A stretch of 64,000 nucleotides of DNA, taken from the NCBI GenBank assembly GCA_964016885.1, contig CAXHJY010000336.1, positions 33,076 to 97,075 on the forward strand, written 5' to 3'. How positions within the stretch are numbered: position 1 is the stretch's first letter; each line of letters opens with the position of its first letter. This document shows, in pieces, positions 48,561-61,068 of the stretch. This DNA is from Eledone cirrhosa. Its lineage: Eukaryota. Position numbers and translations under genes: made by a program. The notes under the pieces are model-generated. The model saw nothing but the letters and a program-made list of their open reading frames with translations, had not been told where the DNA came from and did no database searches.

Positions 48561-49220
48561 GTCGGTGCTGCTGCTGCTGCTGCTGCTGCTGCTGTAGAGG
48601 GGAGTGTGGTATCTACGGGCAACTGTTGGACTTCCACAAACACATCTTGCCCAGCCTAGGCTTATGGCTCTGATGATGGTGGTGGAGAAGATGACAGCGT
48701 TGTTCTCTCTCTGTTCTTGATGATGATGATGATGATGATGACATCGTCGTTTTGTGTCTGTTCCTGATGGTGATGATGATGGTGATGATGATGATGATAG
48801 CCTTCTATTGTGTCTCTTCTTGGTGATGATGATGGTGATGATGATGGCAGCGTTCTTCTGTGTCTGCTCTTGATGATGATGGTGGTGATGATGATAATCG
48901 CGTTCTCTGTGTCTGGTTTTGATGATGATGATGATGATGATGACAACACTCTCCTCTGTGTGTTTTTGATGTTGTTGTTGTTCTTGCTCTGCTGTTGATA
49001 CTGATGATGATGATCATCATCATCATCATAATGGCGGTAGCGTCCTCCTGTGTCAAACGCACGCACACACACACACACACACACATACACACCCACACAT
49101 ACGCAGATACCCATACACACACACACGCAAATACCCATACACACACACATGTATAGGCACTCACAAACAGATATAGACACACTCATACACATATATACAC
49201 ATACACATAAATACCCCAAA

Positions 49221-49251
<31 letters not shown>

Positions 49252-49960
49252 GACATATACACACACACAATCACATACATACCCATAGACATATGCATGT
49301 ACACACATACATATACAGATACTCATAAACATATACACACACACACATACACATACTCAGTCATATATACACATACACACATCCATACACATATATACAC
49401 ATACACATAAATACCCAAACAGATACATGTACACCCAAACACACTCATAGACATATACACACACATACATAGACACATACACACATCCATACACACATGC
49501 ACATACGCATAGACATATATACACATACACATAAATACCCAAACATATACACATGTACACACAAATACACACTCATAGACATATACACACACATACACAC
49601 ACATATACACACACATATACACACACATACATACACACATACACATCTACACACATATACACATACACATATATACACACATATACACATACACATATAT
49701 ACATAGATATACACACACACATATATACACTTATAGCTAGACGTTAAATATCTAATGAAATTGTTTTTCACGAAGGCTTCTTGACCTGTTGACATCAATG
49801 GAGAAATATTTACGTGATGCTGAGTTCTCTGTTGGTTACAATTTATATTTACTGACCTTTAGATTTCATTACACACATATATATACACACACATACACAC
49901 ATATATATATATATAATGTATGTATACTTGTATATATATATATATGTATATATATATGTA

Positions 49961-50167
49961 TAACGAAGGAAATGTGGTAAGGAACCAGGTGGACCATAAC
50001 GCACCAAAGTACTCAATACTTAGGGTAGTAGAGTGGGTAATAGGAACCAGTAAGACCCCGACGGCTGAGCTCAAGCCGTTTCGACGGCTAATTCTGGACT
50101 AAATTTTAGTCCAGAATTAGCCGTCGAAACGGCTTGAGCTCAGCCGTCGGGGTCTTACTGGTTCCTA
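49961..50167. mobile_element. Family A fold-back element with perfect 63-bp arms
   Basis: 50041-50103 is the exact reverse complement of 50105-50167. TA-flanked. Confidence 0.9.
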
Positions 50168-50169
50168 TA

Positions 50170-50208
<39 letters not shown>

Positions 50209-50211
50209 GTA

Positions 50212-50409
50212 TAGGAAATTGTTCAAGACCCCGACGGCAGAGCTCAAGCCGTTTCGACGGCTATTTCTGGACTGAAATAACCGTCGAAACGGCTTGAGCG
50301 CTGCCGTCGGAGTCTTGAACAATTTCCTATTTCCCACTCTACTACCATAGGTATTGAGTACTCTGGTGCTTTATGGTCCACCTGGTTCTTTACCACACTT
50401 CCTTTGTTA
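50212..50409. mobile_element. Family A fold-back element
   Basis: Same junction as 512-707 (tttctggact|gaaataaccg) but with different, mutually matching distal arms. Confidence 0.85.
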
Positions 50410-50467
50410 TATATATGTATATATATATATATATATATGTATATATGTACATATATATATATATATA

Positions 50468-50590
50468 ATTGTTTCTACTTTTGGAACAAGGCCAGCAATT
50501 ACCCGAGTGTATTACTGGTACTATAAAGGGTCGTAACTATATGCCATAACTCATGTTGTCTAATGATCTACCGATACTGACAATCCACCG
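50468..50590 (-). mobile_element. SINE family 2, core-deleted copy
   Basis: Tail and head are present; the central core is missing. Confidence 0.55.
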
Positions 50591-50820
50591 TCTTCACCAC
50601 CTTATACTTATTGTTTACACTGTGCAAGACACCTAAAATATATATATTTCTGCTCTGTTGAATGTTAGACTTATTCTTTGGTACACTTGAGATTCTAATT
50701 CCAAATATGGCATCAGTTGTATTCTCTCATTCTTAGTCTTTATAGTTATCATGATGGCCTTTAGTCTGTTTTAAATATTCCCCCAATAGCACCAGTAGCC
50801 GTGGCAGCAGCACTGGTATC

Positions 50821-50853
<33 letters not shown>

Positions 50854-51322
50854 TGCAGTAGTAGTAGCAGCAACAGTAGTAGGAGTTGTAGTAGTAGCAG
50901 TAGTAGTAGTAGTAGTAGTAGTAGCAGCAGCAGTAGTAGTAGCACCAGTAGTACTAGTATTAGTAGTAGTGGTAGTAGTAGTAGTGGTATTAGAAGTAGT
51001 AGTAGTAGTAGTGGTAGTAGTAGGTGTAGCGGTAGTAGCAGCAGCAGCAATAGAAGCAGCCAACAGCAGCAATGTTACCTTCATCAGCAGTAGCGTAATC
51101 TCAGCAGCAGCAACAAATAACATTAACAGTAGCATAGAAAACATCAATAATAAAAACAAGTCCGTTTTCAGCCACATCATTTACAAGAGCTGAATATCTT
51201 GCTTAAGCACACACACACACACACACACACAGACAGTGGCAAGAGTTTCCGAAGAAATAGCAGAAACAGAACTCCACGTTGTGCACAGAACCCAAATATA
51301 TTATATAAATAAGTTCTCGAAA

Positions 51323-51488
51323 CAAATGCCTGCTACCTAGGGTTCCAAAGTTCTACTAACATAGGACAGAGAAATATGCTGCTTTAGTTATCATCAGGTT
51401 TTGCCCGATGATAACTAAACCAGCAGATAAAGATACAGAATATCTATCTCGTATGCTGGTTGAAGTTTTGAAACCCTAGGTGCATTTG
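51323..51488. mobile_element. Old fold-back element with two decayed HHR motifs
   Basis: Centre tttagttatcatcagg-ttttg-cccgatgataactaaa. Both arms end in G(A/G)AA-CCCTAGG-T...GCATTTG. Confidence 0.55.
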
Positions 51489-51538
51489 ATCTGCGATCTT
51501 ATAGATAATATATATATATATATATATTTATATATATG

Positions 51539-51580
<42 letters not shown>

Positions 51581-51585
<5 letters not shown>

Positions 51586-52085
51586 TAATAAAAACAATGA
51601 GATATGAGATGAAAACAAAGAACAAGTTCCTTATATTAAAAAATTCATCATTTTACGATCGTTTCTGGGATGTATATGTGTGTTGGTATGTATATCATGT
51701 TTAAGATCTATGTAGAAATATTACAAATTATCAGAGGAAATATACATGCCTTCACATATACATGCCGTCCTCAGAAATGATGGGCATGTATATGTGAAGG
51801 TATGTATATTTCCTCTGATAAGTTGTAATATTTTTACATAGATCTTAAACATGATATACATACCAACACACATATACATCCCAGAAACGATCGTAAAATG
51901 ATGAATTTTTTAATATAAGGAACTTGTTCTTTGTTTTTATTAATTTATCTTCACTCTGTTTTTCTATGACTTTTACCGTAAATTTTTGAATGCATCTTCT
52001 CTTTTCATGATATCTTCTATATTTGGATTACATTGAGTTCTTCATACTGATTGGACACTACCGTATATTTTGGTAGATTTATCTA
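51581..52085. mobile_element. Family F fold-back element with ~155-bp arms
   Basis: 51611-51766 is inverted to 51783-51937 with few mismatches and a 16-nt spacer. A diverged single-arm relative lies at ~54770-55043. Confidence 0.85.
51646..51782 (-). ncRNA. Type I hammerhead ribozyme motif with ~100-nt stem II (family F)
   Basis: Minus strand CATCATTT-CTGAGGA-CGGCATGTATATGTG...CACATATACATCCCA-GAAA-CGATCG-TA-AAATGATG: perfect 8-bp stem I, palindromic stem III. Confidence 0.8.
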
Positions 52086-52191
52086 CAAACACGCACACGC
52101 ACACACACACACACATATATGTACGCCTCATGCACATTCTCCTACCACTAAATATTTACTACGTTGCCTGTTGAGTAATATCACCCATTAT

Positions 52192-52241
<50 letters not shown>

Positions 52242-52286
52242 TGGTAACTGGTCTACTGTGGCTAAACTTCGATCTGTACTTATTAT

Positions 52287-52383
<97 letters not shown>

Positions 52384-52557
52384 GTTTACAAAAGCCAGTG
52401 ATGTTATTTCGGCGACCTCGGTTGATGACTCACTCACTGCATGAGACAATAAGCCTGTAGTAGCGAAACTGCATCTCGATCTTCAGAGAGCACACACAAT
52501 ATGTATATAGTGAGAGTGCACTGCCTGTGTTTAGGTATATATATATATATGCATGCA

Positions 52558-52704
52558 CACACTGGAAGAGGAAGACCAAGGTTATCATATGTTGATGCTC
52601 TAAGGACAGACACTGGTCTGTTGGAGACGCAGGACATGGCAGCGATAATGAGGGACAGAGACCGCTGGAGAGAACTCGTCCATGAATCTCGGGAATTTTA
52701 CCCG

Positions 52705-52708
<4 letters not shown>
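52558..52708 (+). mobile_element. RTE-clade LINE 3' fragment
   Basis: GRGRPRLSYVDALRTDTG...AAIMRDRDRWRELV matches the RTE ORF C-terminal signature (RGRP...D...DR..WR). Confidence 0.75.
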
Positions 52709-52741
<33 letters not shown>

Positions 52742-52782
52742 TTATATAGAAAGATACAGAGAGTAAATGAGAGAGAGAGAGA

Positions 52783-52979
52783 GGTAGAACACTGGAAGGT
52801 AATATCCGTACTGGTCGAGCACTCAGTCCATGGGACGAGTTAAGTAGAAGTGGTAACACAACAGTTAGTTCACCATATCGAAAACAATTGTTTCACCTTA
52901 GCGGATCTTCAGCTCGTAATCCGCTAAGGTGAAACAATTGTTGTCAATATGGTGAACTAACTGTGTGTTACCACTTCTA
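52783..52979. mobile_element. Family E fold-back element
   Basis: ~60-bp inverted arms (agaagtggtaacaca...ccttagcggat / atccgctaagg...tgtgttaccacttct). The HHR core lies in the spacer. Other copies at 19830-19932 and 46261-46328. Confidence 0.85.
52879..52916 (-). ncRNA. Minimal type I hammerhead motif (family E)
   Basis: Minus strand CGAG-CTGAAGA-T-CC-GCTAA-GG-T-GAAA-CAATTG-TT-TTCG. Confidence 0.7.
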
Positions 52980-52989
52980 TATATATATA

Positions 52990-53184
52990 TAACGAAGGAA
53001 ATGTAGTAAGGAACCAGGTGAACCATAACGCACCAAAGTACTCAATACTTGGGGTAGTAGAGTGGGTAATAGGAACCAGTAAGACCCCGACGGCTGAGCT
53101 CAAGCCGTTTCGACGGCTAATTCAGTCCAGAATTAGCCGTCGAAACGCCTTGAGCTCAGCCGTCGGGGTCTTACTGGTTCCTAT
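52990..53184. mobile_element. Family A fold-back element
   Basis: Near-identical to 49961-50167 but with a different junction (ggctaattc|agtccag). Confidence 0.85.
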
Positions 53185-53683
53185 ATATATATATATATAT
53201 ATAATCCAGACACAAAAGGATACAGTAATGATATCACACAGACCGAGTGTTTAAAGAACTGGGTCAGATCTACAGATTAGGGTCTTTCAGACTATTGTGT
53301 AAGTTGTGGAACTACTTGGTCTTTTCTGAATATTAATACAGATATGAGCTTCAGATTACAGCAGGACTTTAGAATACTTGACGTAGAGAGGTGTGGTAAG
53401 ATATTATAGATAGATTCAGTTAAAGAAATGTCATGGGAGATAGATTTTCTATTTATTTATTTTAGTTTATTGAACGGAGAACTGTTTCAATCAAGAAAAA
53501 AATGAGGTTGGGCTAGAGATATTGAGAGTGTTCTGCTAAGAATAGATAACAATATTTCTGGAAATATTAAACAAAGTAACAATGATTTGGATACTAAGCC
53601 ATAAATATATTTGGGCCAATAGGAAAGAAGATGAATTAGTAAAGGAACGAATACAATGGGGAATAAAAGATATAGGTTACATT

Positions 53684-54372
53684 CCAAGATTTCAGCTGTA
53701 ATATATTGTCAAGAGACAAGAAATCTACCAATTGTAAACAGGATGGTTCAAGACATGTCTTTAAACCACTGCCAAGATTTGAGCTATAATATATTGTCAA
53801 GAGACAAGAAATCTACCAATTGTAAACAGGATGGTTCAGGACATGTCTTTAAACCACTGCCAAGATTTGAGCTGTAATATATTGTCAAGAGACAAGAAAT
53901 CTACCAATTGTAAACAGGATGATTCAGGACATGTCTTTAAACCACTGCCAAGATTTGAGCTGTAATCTATTGTCAAGAGACAAGAAATCTACCAATTGTA
54001 AACAGGGTGATTCAGGACATGTCTTTAAACCACTGCCAAGATTTGAGCTGTAATATATTGTCAAGAGACAAGAAATCTACCAATTGTAAACAGGATGATT
54101 CAGGACATGTCTTTAAACCACTGCCAAGATTTGAGCTGTAATATATTGTCAAGAGACAAGAAATCTGCCAATTGTAAACAGGATGGTCCAGGACATGTCT
54201 TTAAACCACTGCCAAGATTTGAGCTGTAATATATTGTCAAGAGACAAGAAATCTGCCAATTGTAAACAGGATGGTTCAGGACATGTCTTTAAACCACTGC
54301 CAAGATTTGAGCTGTAATATATTGTCAAGATATAAAAGATCTACCAACGATAAACAGGATAATTCAGTACAT
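53684..54372. repeat. 88-bp minisatellite, 7 full units plus partial
   Basis: ccaagattt recurs at 53684, 53772 ... 54300. Confidence 0.95.
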
Positions 54373-55038
54373 GATAGCTACAAAAAGATTCAATGACAGA
54401 AACTTATAACTACTTTAGCGTCGTCCTGGTTTTTCTGTCTTATTTATACTACTGATACCACCTGACCTCTCTCTCGTGTTTGATTCTTAATTGTAAGGGG
54501 TGTTAGATTCTTCTCTACTAGACTGTCATGGTTTCCTAGTTCTGTGTACGTCTAAATTGATTAAATACATAAATATAGGTCTTTAACTACTGATGTAGAC
54601 TTAGAAGAGCTGTAATACCATATGGGCATTTAACACGGCGGAAACCATCCTTCTCCAGTTCGGAATATAACTGATTCCTTTCACAGAAATATAGAATATA
54701 AACGTAATGAAGGAGTAACCATTCGTCCTTGTTTTATTTTATTATATTTATATATATATATATATATAAATATGATATTTTGTAACTAACCTTACATAGA
54801 TCAATAACGGAGTATAGCTACAATGTATTATCATCACCTAGAAACGATCGTAAAGCAGTGAAGTATATCTCTCATGACTTGATTTTTTATTTCATTGTTT
54901 TAACTTATATCTGTTTTCCTTTTAATGTTTAATTGTTTTCCGGGATTTATCTTAACCTACGACATTTTCAACATATGGATTACATCGAGTTCTTCATGCA
55001 GAATAGACCCCACAACTTCACAACTTACTGCGGATACC

Positions 55039-55095
<57 letters not shown>

Positions 55096-55181
55096 TTAAA
55101 GCGTTGAAATGTCCGAGACCCTAGTAGACAACTGATGAGGAAAACTCCTCCCCCTGTTCTTGCTTTCTTCTTGATTTTAAG

Positions 55182-55270
<89 letters not shown>

Positions 55271-55454
55271 AAATTAAAATTAAGGGTTGTCATGTCTGAG
55301 AGACAAAGGTATCTGTATTTGAAGTACTAGTCAAACTTTAATTAGTTACCTACCTAGCTATGTGTGCTTACATTCTTTACAAATTATTCCCTGTGATTGT
55401 TTCATGTATTTATTTTATATATATATATGTCAATTTATTACTAGTTGATATATA

Positions 55455-55502
<48 letters not shown>

Positions 55503-55704
55503 AGTATGTATGTATACGTACATACATATATGTATACAGACGTACAGTAGCATGTATATATATATATATACATATATACATACAGGCACACATATATATA
55601 TGCACGTATCAGTTTACCGAACATTTATTATAATGTTCGCTTTGTTCGTTTGTATGTGTGCCTGTATGTATATATGTATATATATATATACATACAGGCA
55701 TACA

Positions 55705-56200
55705 TGTCTCATGGTCGGGTCGTTGGCGACTAAACTGGCAACCCCACCAAGGTTTCTTGGTGAGGAGGGTGACTTTGGACATCCTGCAGGACTAAAAACA
55801 AAACCTGTCAAAGGGCAAAGGAGCTCTTAAGAGTCAATGGCCATCCAAAATCAGTGGGAGAGATGACCCCTTAGCCTTTGTCAAGGCAGAATTCTAGGAG
55901 AAGGAAAACTCTGATATAACACCTGCAACCCTGATGGTATCCAATGATGTTGACTTGTTCTTCTTTTTGGTAAATATCATCTTGGTTAAGAGAGTGGGAC
56001 TGGCTTTGTGCAGTGCCTTTGCTCACTATAAAAGCTTCACGGCACAGGCATTGCTTTGTATCTGGAGATCTCTCTGCACTTGTCGTCACATGGTACCAAA
56101 GGCAAAGCACTCTGTGTCAATAATTGTCACAGGTGTAGTGTTTGTACCAGAGTTTTCAAGTCGCTGGCTGGACTAAAAAGTCACTCGTTCAGCGCATCGG
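55705..56200 (+). mobile_element. Internally deleted RTE-like element
   Basis: RTE-like 5' leader (gggtcgttggcgactaaactggcaacccc...aaaacctgtcaaagggc) followed within 500 bp by a terminal zinc-finger-like peptide CSVCTRVFKSLAGLKSH (~56134-56184). Confidence 0.55.
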
Positions 56201-56386
56201 TAGGGGTTCTCCTACATGGATATAAAGTAGTGGCCGTACTCGAAAACGAGTTGGCAGCCACCATATATATACATACTACTGTACGTCTGTATACATATAT
56301 GTATATACGTATATATACATACATACTTACATTTAAGTAAGTGCCGTACTAAGAGTGAGAAATGAAATTTCGTTTCATTCTATTCC

Positions 56387-56463
<77 letters not shown>

Positions 56464-57142
56464 TATAGATATATATATACAGTTGAAAAATGCAAAGCCA
56501 ATGGGCGATACAGCTTGGCACTAGAGACAACGCAACATTTCTACAGCTGAGTAAACTGGAACATATAGGGTTCCTCTTACGTAAACTAGAATGTTATCAC
56601 AACACACATTTCCTAATTGATATGATTGTTAATATATCCTGTAATCCTGATATATATGACCTGCCATGTGTCAGTAATCAACATAAAATAAACTATAGGG
56701 TTTCTCTTATGTAAATCATTAATTTACTAAAACACAAATATCCCAGTTTGTATTATTGTTCATATATTCAATTCTGTTATATATGACATACAAACTCTAG
56801 ACACCAATATATAGCTTCCAGTATAATATGATATACACGTCTCATATTATACACACACACTTTATATTATCAATATACGCATAATAAATATTATAAACAT
56901 ATATATATATACATGCAGAAAAAGCCTTGATTTCTCAGCCAATATTCTCTTACTTACCTTTCATGAATACCGTTTCAAATCTCGTCAAACTTACCTGAAT
57001 ACCTCAAGCAGTAGGGGTAGAGTTTATACAGCATCCCTTAAAATAGGGCTCATGCACATAACCACACATGAACACATTCACAGCATTCATTTGATAACCC
57101 CTTTCATGACAAAAAAACATTTGAAAGAATGATGAAATGAAA

Positions 57143-58118
57143 TATGGTGTTACAACTCACATATATTGAGGTTTGTGTGGTCTCTTGTGCGGTTGTATCA
57201 CATAGATTTATTGGGTGTCTTAATTAAAGGGACCCCTGTCTTATGGTGTTACAACTCACATATATTGAGGTTTGTGTGGTCTCTTGTGCGGTTGTATCAC
57301 ATAGATTTATTGGGTGTCTTAATTAAAGGGACCCCTGTCTTATGGTGTTACAACTCACACATATTGAGGTTTGTGGGGTCTCCTGTGCGGTTGTATCACA
57401 TAGATTTATTGCGTGTTTTATGTTATTACAGCTCAGACATATGTAGGTTTATATGATATCCTTAGCGGTTGTATCACTTAGGAGATTTCGTGGATGTTTA
57501 AATTAAAGGGACCCCTGTCATATGTTATTACACCTCACACATATGAAGGTTTGTATCACTTAGGAGATTTCTTGGATGTTTTATTTAAAGGGCCCTCACA
57601 CATATGAAGGTTTATGAGATCTTAACATTTGTCTCACATAGATGTATGGCACGTTTTAATGATAGGGATCTCGGTCCTATAATGCTCCTGTTACAGCTCA
57701 CAAGTATAATGGGATTAGCAGGGTTCCAATGAAGAGATACCTCATGAAAGGTTTGTGGGAAGTTTAATGAAAGGGTACCCAGTGTTATGTTGTTACAGCT
57801 CCGTTTAGTTTCAGAAAATCCTGTTAATGGTGAAAGCAACGATTCTTTGCTTAAACTTTAATCTGTTATTTTAATATATATATATATAGTAATAATAATA
57901 AATTTGAAGACTAAAATCCAAAGAGGGCTTGATAAGGATAAATATATATCAAATATATAAGAACCGTAGAGCAAATATTTATTAAAATAACAGATTAAAG
58001 TTTAAGCAAAGAATCGCTGCTTTCACCCTTAACAGGATCTTCTGAAACTGTTTCAGAAGATCCCGTTAAGGGTGAAAGCAGCGATTCTTTGCTTAAACTT
58101 TAATCTGTTATTTTAATA

Positions 58119-58172
<54 letters not shown>

Positions 58173-58550
58173 TCATCTACATGGCAGTATCTGACAAGAG
58201 TTTTCTTGTTTATTTTAATGACAGGGATCACAATCCTATCATGCCGTTGCTACAGCTTAAACCTATATAGCTTTATCTGGCGTCCAAGTTCTTTGTGATA
58301 GGAGGGTTCCTTGGTGTTGTCATGATAGGAGCGCCAGTCATATAATCTGATCCCACGTATGTTATCTTAGCTGACATCCAGCGAGGTTATTTGGGTGTTT
58401 TAATGATAGCAGATCTCAACTATATCATATTGTCATATCTCACATAGATACAGGTTTACCTTGCTTCCTACAAAGTTGTATCTCATAGGTTTCTCGTGTA
58501 TTTTCATTAGAGGGGACTCCAGTTCTATCATGTAGTTATTACAGCTCTCT
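57143..58550. repeat. 99-bp minisatellite, ~3 young units decaying rightwards
   Basis: tatggtgttacaactcac at 57143, 57242 and 57341. Diverged units continue to ~58550 and are interrupted by family C. Confidence 0.85.
57807..58123. mobile_element. Two family C units (sense fragment 57807-57875; fold-back 57888-58123)
   Basis: ~72-bp arms centred on 58049 with one mismatch. Inserted into the decayed 99-bp satellite. Confidence 0.85.
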
Positions 58551-59419
58551 CTCTCTATATATATAATATAGAGTCTATATATATATATTAGGTTTAGTTT
58601 GCTTTTTACAAGAACTCACACACTCACATACACACACACACACTCACACACACACACACACACACACGCTCACACACAGACACACACACACACACACACT
58701 TATGTTAAATGATATACTCTTGTTGTTTTTCCTCTTCCCCTTCTGGATGTTTATCCCCTGTTCTTCTCTCTGCTCGTCAGCCATGAGAGAGTTGACCTTT
58801 GGTCAAAAAGCTTCCAGTTGTGACCATCCTATGCTGGTTTATTTTTTGTTTTTCTGACAAAACAATCACTCAGTATCATGGCACCCAAGATTTTCTTCTC
58901 TACAAGATGGACGATCTATGGTCAAATATATTCCAGCAATGACCTACTAACTTTGCTTTTTTTTTTTTTGTATTTCACCCAAGACTTTATCAATTAATGT
59001 GTCCATTTAATGTCGATAGTGCCTGGCTTTTGATAGATATTTCATTTTGTTTCTAGCAGGTCAGAGAGAGAGAGAAAGCAAGAGATGTGAAGGGAGATAG
59101 AGGGTTAGAGAGAGAATGTAGGAGAGAAAGTAGAACCTATCCCATCATATCTATCGCCATGTTATTTTTTTTTTATTTTATTCAAGTGTCCTATGGATGT
59201 ATGGGTCCGTCACGCCTAATCAAGTGGTAGGGACACATTAGTAAGATATAACCCGTGTGTGTCGGGCTCTATTTTTAGAGAAAAAAACTAGGCGGAACCC
59301 ATCGCCTTATTGAGGTCCGAACATTTTTAATTTCTTCCAGAGGAAAAAAGAAAATAGGTGAATAAGAAAAGAGATATAGCGAAACAAAAATCTAACCCCC
59401 CCCCCCCCCCCCCCCCCGT

Positions 59420-60300
59420 ACTGCACTGGTGCTTTTTTCATCGACCTCGAAACTCGAAAGGATGAAAGGTAAAGTTGACATCGGATTTGAACTCTGAGCG
59501 CAGAATTGAAACGAATATTGATTGCAAAGCGTTCTATCCGACGATTTATTGGCCAGCAACTGTGTCATATGTATATTAGATTGATATTTACATAGCTATC
59601 ACTTTAATTTATTTCTTTTGTTAGTCAGGAGTAATTACAATAGGGTTCTCTGTGTTCTAAGTTCAAATCTCGTCATGGTTGGCATTACGTTTTCTTTTTC
59701 CCGATATCGATGAAATAAAAAATAATCAATCATGTACTATAGAATGATATAATCGATTTACACCTCCCTGAAAATTGTTAGCCATGTGCCCAAATTAGAA
59801 ATCAGTATTTACTGCACTTTACATTCTGAGATAAAATACAGCCGAGGTTAACTGTGCCCTTCATCCTTACAGGGCCGATAAAATAAAGTACCAGTAATAC
59901 ACTGGGTGATGTATTCGACTTTCTCCTCACCCCAATATTGTTGGCCTTGTGCCTAAATCTGAAACCAAACAGTATAAGATGGGGAATGTTAAAATTGCAA
60001 CTTTATGGATAATAAAGTACCAGTAATGCACTGAAGGCAATTTAATCGACTTTCCCATCCCCAAAAATTGTTGTCCTTGTGCCTAAAGTAGAAATCATTG
60101 TATTATAATGTGGTAACTAGGTAAAATTGGTTGAGCGTCAGTCAAAATGCACTATTTGTTCCAGCTCATCACGTGCTGAGTTCAAATCCCTCCGAGTTTA
60201 ATTTTACCTTTCATCTCCCCTTGGGGTTGATAAACTAACATACCAGTAAGGCACTGGGGTCGATTTAATCGACTTTCCCCTACCCTTAAATTGCTGTCTT
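59420..60300. mobile_element. Cluster of SINE family 2 copies (one minus, about four plus)
   Basis: Repeated B box/core/tail segments at ~59420-59555 (-) and ~59655, 59825, 60005 and 60175 (+). Confidence 0.7.
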
Positions 60301-60829
60301 TTCGTGTCTGTTTGATGTCCTTATTGGTTAATTTAGTGTCACGTGGGTTACTGCTACTTTCAGAATCTAACTTGACCATCACATTAAGCACTTTCCACTG
60401 AAACTTATTGCTATTAGTAACTAACTTTTTAATTAATTAACGAATTAATTAATCATCTAGCTAGCTGCTTGTCTTGAAGCAACCATCTGCTCTCCGCAAA
60501 CCTCCAAATTTGACTATAAACTGCATTGGAAGGTGTGGATGGACCGATTATATTCTCTCTTTAGAAGCATTAGTCCGTCGTACATATAACTTAGTAATTA
60601 ACTATCTCTAATTAAATAAATTATTAGCTATCTAGCCATTAGTCTTAGTTAGCAGTTAGCGGGATTTAAGCGCCGTTTTAAACACGACTTCTAAAAAATA
60701 TAATTGAAAGTAACCGTGATGGATTCTATAAAAGATGTTCGAATCTTTATTATATCGATCGAACTTCATTTTCTGTCCGTCTGTCACACAAAAACTGTGT
60801 GTGTATATATATAGTGAATATATGTATAC

Positions 60830-60876
<47 letters not shown>

Positions 60877-60880
<4 letters not shown>

Positions 60881-61020
60881 AAAAAGTATGACCCCGACGG
60901 CAGAGCTCAAGCCGTTTCGACGGCTATTTCTGGACTAAATTAGAATTTTTAGCCTAGTGAATAAATGTATTGAGTACTCTGGTGCGTTGTGGTCCATCTG
61001 GTTCCTTACCACAATTCCTT

Positions 61021-61027
<7 letters not shown>
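60877..61027. mobile_element. Family A rearranged copy
   Basis: Short antisense arm joined to the sense 3' end (gtattgagtactctggtgcg...). Confidence 0.75.

Positions 61028-61068
<41 letters not shown>

Noticed and set aside
48141-48659. Mucin-like Thr/Ala/Pro ORF
   Set aside because: A 66-bp minisatellite derived from triplet repeats and open on both strands.
55132-55155. CTGATGA-GG-AAAACT-CC
   Set aside because: No downstream GAAA, stem III or UH, so it is not called an HHR.
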